Shown here: positions 60,471-64,000 of the stretch, piece by piece
Layout of the letters: each line of letters opens with the position of its first letter
How positions within the stretch are numbered: the first letter of the stretch is position 1
Origin: Eukaryota sp. GEM-RC1
Lineage: Eukaryota
DNA: 64,000 nucleotides
NCBI GenBank assembly: GCA_040285855.1
Contig: JAUFOQ010000002.1
Coordinates: forward strand, 3,100,001-3,164,000
Direction of reading: 5' to 3'
Program-made: the position numbers and the translations under genes
The notes under the pieces: model-generated
Databases searched by the model: none
What the model was told of the DNA's origin: nothing
The model's input: the letters and a program-made list of their open reading frames with translations, nothing else

Positions 60471-61651
60471 TAGGGCTGTTAATGGGAGATGGGAGTTTCT
60501 CCCACTCCCAACACGTGTTCTCCCACTACCACTCCCACCTCCCACTTGTCATAGGTGAGACTCCCACTCCCACCTCCCACTCCCAACAAATTCTCCCAAC
60601 TCCCACCCAACTCCCATTTTTGTATCTTCTAGTACAATGACACTTTACTTTATAAACATAACAATCACTAACTCTATCTCTGATTCATGAACAACTCTCT
60701 CATCTCCCGACCTTTGAACCATGATTTCAAACAAAGGACTACTTCAATAGAATCACTACTCAAGGAAGCTCGTAACTTCGTAACAACACACCCTGCCTGA
60801 GAAAATAACTGTTCACTTGGAACTGATGAGGCTTGTGTTGTCATAAAGTTCTTAGCATACAATGTATGCGGATAGTCGTGAATACCTGTTGAAACACAAC
60901 ACATTTTGTATTTTAAACCAAATTCAGTAATAATTTCTTCCACAGCATCGGCAATGTTGATGGCAGTGTGGTTTTCTTTCAAGTGCTTAAAACCGTGGAC
61001 GTACATTGTAAATGTTTAAATTCCAGTCTTCAATACAGTGAACTGTTACCCCATTAAAATGCTTGTTTGTATTCGATGTCCATCTATCAATCCTAATAGA
61101 TACTTTAGAAGAATTACACACATTTTTGAATTTATCTATCAAGTATCCTTTAAATAACTCATAAACATTCAACATATCATTTCTTATCGTGGTTCTTTTT
61201 GGAATTTTGAATGAATCTGAAAGAGAGGAAACAAATTCGATAAAATCAGGATGTTTAAACAGACCAGAGTTTTCAGGATCTTCAGATAATTCAAGCGATG
61301 ACATTGGTTGAAATTTACAGATAAACAACCACGCTCTTTATAAAACGAAAATAAATAAAACAAAACAAAATAAAGACAGTAAAAATGTAATACACCTAGT
61401 CCTATTAATATTCTAGAAAAATTATAACTGTATTTGTCTAGCTAGCTTGTTTCTGTTTTAAATTGAAGTTAGAGTTGTGTCTGTAAATGGGAGATGGGAG
61501 TTTTTGGGAGTTCCCACCTCCCAACGGAGAGCTCCCACTCCCACTCCCACTCCCAAAAATTGCTACTGAAGCTCCCACTCCCACTCCCAAGGGTCATGGG
61601 AGATGGGAGTTGGGTGGGAGTTGGGAGAAATGGGAGAAATTGACAGCCCTA
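60471..61651 (-). mobile_element. Internally deleted hAT element (inner) with transposase remnants
   Basis: TIR TAGGGCTGTTAAT...ATTGACAGCCCTA; TSD TTCTTCCC (60463-60470, 61652-61659); DRWTS...GVTVH, HTAINIA, QASSVPSEQLFSQAG...LCLKSW; CTCCCA subterminal arrays. Confidence 0.95.
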
Positions 61652-62255
61652 TTCTTCCCTCTTTTTATAGTGACGTGACACGTACAATTTCTGAACTTTC
61701 GTTCTGTGCTGAACACTTTTCTGTTCCTTTTCGCATGACTTTGAAACCGAAGGACGTGGCATTGTTCAACTTCAAGCCCATGATTTATTTCCAGCTGGCA
61801 AGATTGCATGGCAATGTAAACACTGCACTGCCAGCAACCCTTTCATCCTGTTCGTGAAGAAGCATTCCGACTAACGTCCGTCCCCGTTGTCTTGGTTTTT
61901 AATACGGTGTGATTCCAGAAATAATCTATACTATGATAAGTACAAAAGTATAGACAACGCCATTAGTCATTGAACTCAAAGAAGAGTTGTGTCACAGCAA
62001 TATCTATTGAATATTGCAATAATTGCAATATTTATTTAGGAGTCAACTTTGTTGCAATGTTTGTTGTTTGAACTGAACCTATTGAAATATTTATTGTTGG
62101 CCATGAAATTTATTTAAATATTTTTTTCCAACCCCTGATCTCAACTTCTCAAATGTTGTCAAGTGTTTTTCACTTCAGATGTATCGTAGGTGTCCCAATA
62201 CAAGCAACTTTATATCTGGCACAAGCAAACACATCATACTTCTTCGCAAACTTTC

Positions 62256-62359
62256 CATTGAAAAAGTGGGTTTCGATTAACGTCTACGTTAGTAATTATT
62301 TATAGGATAACATTTTCTCTTCATACCGCTAACCAGTGATGTACAGTCACCAACAACAT
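62256..62359. repeat. Dispersed ~105-bp repeat, copy 2
   Basis: Closely matches 54423-54526. Confidence 0.85.
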
Positions 62360-62839
62360 TTATAACGGTTAATAAAGAACAGAAGTTGTTGTGGTCATAG
62401 CACAACATTAATGATTGCTCTTTCACATATTGCACATTTAGATGTATGCCAAAATTGTTGTATATCCCAATTGAAATCAGATGTACATAGATTCTCAACG
62501 TAAATGCTGTGGAAATTATACAGTATCAAAAGTACATTAGGATATACAGCGCTCAGAATTTCAGCACGCCTCTACCGAACAATGTTGTTGACTCTACAGA
62601 CAGCCTGTTTTACTCTTTACATCCACCTGTATTTACAGAAAACATACTGCACTTGTCAATTACAGCTCCTATAATTCAAAAGAAGAAGAAAATTTAGAAG
62701 AGCAGAATTATTTAAAATCATCCAAATAAAAAGGTACACATATAACGCACACAACAACAAAACTACACAAATCCACTCCGAAAATATTCAAAATCCTCAC
62801 CTCAGAATCACCACTCATCTTGTAAAACACTCTAAATAA

Positions 62840-64000
62840 CTATTCTTCGACCCTTACCCTTTTAACATCTTCATCCCCCTCCACTCTTCTCTTCCTATTA
62901 TCTCCATTACGTGTCCTTTCCCCATTAGGAAACAACCAATCAGGCAATTCTGACCGTCTCACGTGAGTGATTGTCACGTTCAAAGGCACTGACCGATCCT
63001 TTGTCTGGGTAAGCACTGTCTGAAACTGTTCTACTGCCGGTGTTAGATCAACACACCTCGCAGACGCAATGGTTCCTGGTGCTAGTGACACTTGATGTGA
63101 CAGCGGTTGATGTGCTTCAAGTACCAAACCTAGAACAAAGGCAGTTACTCCCCTCTCACTGTTTTCGAAAGAGGGAAGGCCATGGATGACAATGTTTAAC
63201 ATTTTCAGTAATTTCAAGTTTTGTAATAATCTTTTTCATTCGTGACTCAACAAAACCAGAGTGAAGCCGCCTTCCATCTTCAGAAGAAGACCTGATCTCA
63301 ATCAACAAATAATGACGATACAAGCTCAAAAAGTTGATTGGCTCAAACAAAAGAGACCAATCAGCAGTACCCAACTCAATCTTATTACAAACCTTCAAAC
63401 CTCTCCTAAATTCCTTCTTCATCACAGCTAACGACGACACTGTAACATTATAAGTACAATTCATAGCTGGATATGTAGGTGTAATCACAGGCATTAGATC
63501 TTGTCCTTTGGGGTTTCGCTGATCCCATACTTGATCTGCAAACACTCCTTCATCTTCTACTATTTCATTGAGCTGGACTGGATGAGGCCACTCCCATCTA
63601 TCGTAGACGAAGAAGAAACGTGAGAAGAGAGTAGATGGAGCAGCATTGGGGTAGAGCTGGCAAACACGTGCTACAAGCAGAGCCCAGGTAACACCCCCAG
63701 GTACCCCATAGCATTGTTTTTAATACCACGGTTTTGAGCCCATAGTTTAACGGCACGCAGAGTTAGCTTGAAATTATTGATGTTTGGTACAAGTGACATA
63801 ATCAGCTCAGCTACACGAGGTCCGTTGATCTGCCGTACGTAGTTCCGTTCAACATTGCGGAGGATTGAAGGGGACATAATATCAAAGTCAGGTGGGATTG
63901 TTGAGAGATTGGTTTTTCCAAGGAGAAGATCAATGGAGATGCCATCAAAAATGAACTTCATAACTGGTGTTGTAGCCTTGGGGACAGCCACGAGCTCAGT
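62840..64000 (-). CDS. PAP: Canonical poly(A) polymerase, 5' part outside the window (frameshifted)
   Basis: PVMKFIFDGISIDLL, INGPRVA, LRAVKLWAQNRGI..N..GYLG, WEWPHPV, LMPVITPTYPAMNCTYNV, GFVESRM. Confidence 0.93.

Larger units (their letters stand above)
59958..62137. mobile_element. hAT element (outer) carrying nested insertions
   Basis: Imperfect TIR CAGAGGTGGGAAAAAATATTT / AAATATTTTTTTCCAACCCCTG; 8-bp TSD ATCTCAAC (59950-59957, 62138-62145). Confidence 0.85.

Noticed and set aside
60480..61640. CTCCCA/TGGGAG runs as interstitial telomeric repeats
   Set aside because: Irregular, in both orientations, and confined to the ends of the inner hAT element.

Overview
This is eukaryotic, gene-dense, AT-rich DNA from a flagellated protist. 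It has very short GT(A/T)TG...AG introns (26-33 nt) and tight head-to-head gene pairs. Many single-base frameshifts in essential genes suggest long-read assembly indels. Host genes include a DDX24/MAK5-like helicase, an aspartic protease, GAS8/DRC4, an LRR protein, a C2H2-PHD-SET gene, Leo1, DNAAF1, IFT20, PAK1IP1/MAK11, eIF3c, WDR4/TRM82, PA2G4/EBP1, ROPN1L/RSP11, RAE1, PMP3, V-ATPase c'' and poly(A) polymerase. Mobile DNA comprises six hAT elements/MITEs with 8-bp TSDs (one nested), a TA-TSD Tc1-type MITE, an IS630/Tc1 DD35E transposase, and a CRE-type non-LTR retrotransposon with scattered 3' ends. There are also three different Fanzor (eukaryotic TnpB-like RNA-guided nuclease) loci, each followed by a foldable candidate omegaRNA. 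The most striking locus (about 36.2-41.5 kb) reads as leader-2A-Ulp1/SENP-like protease ... 2A-[PolB-type DEDDy 3'-5' exonuclease fused in-frame to Fanzor]-omegaRNA, i.e. a Fanzor apparently released from a polyprotein by 2A ribosome-skipping peptides and fused to an exonuclease. A second Fanzor (57.1-58.9 kb) is intact with a full D-E-D triad. A third (6.0-8.2 kb) is 5'-truncated against a divergent Pif1 helicase fragment, split by a hAT insertion, and has a C-terminal zinc knuckle. All protein assignments come from motif recognition by eye; no searches were run.
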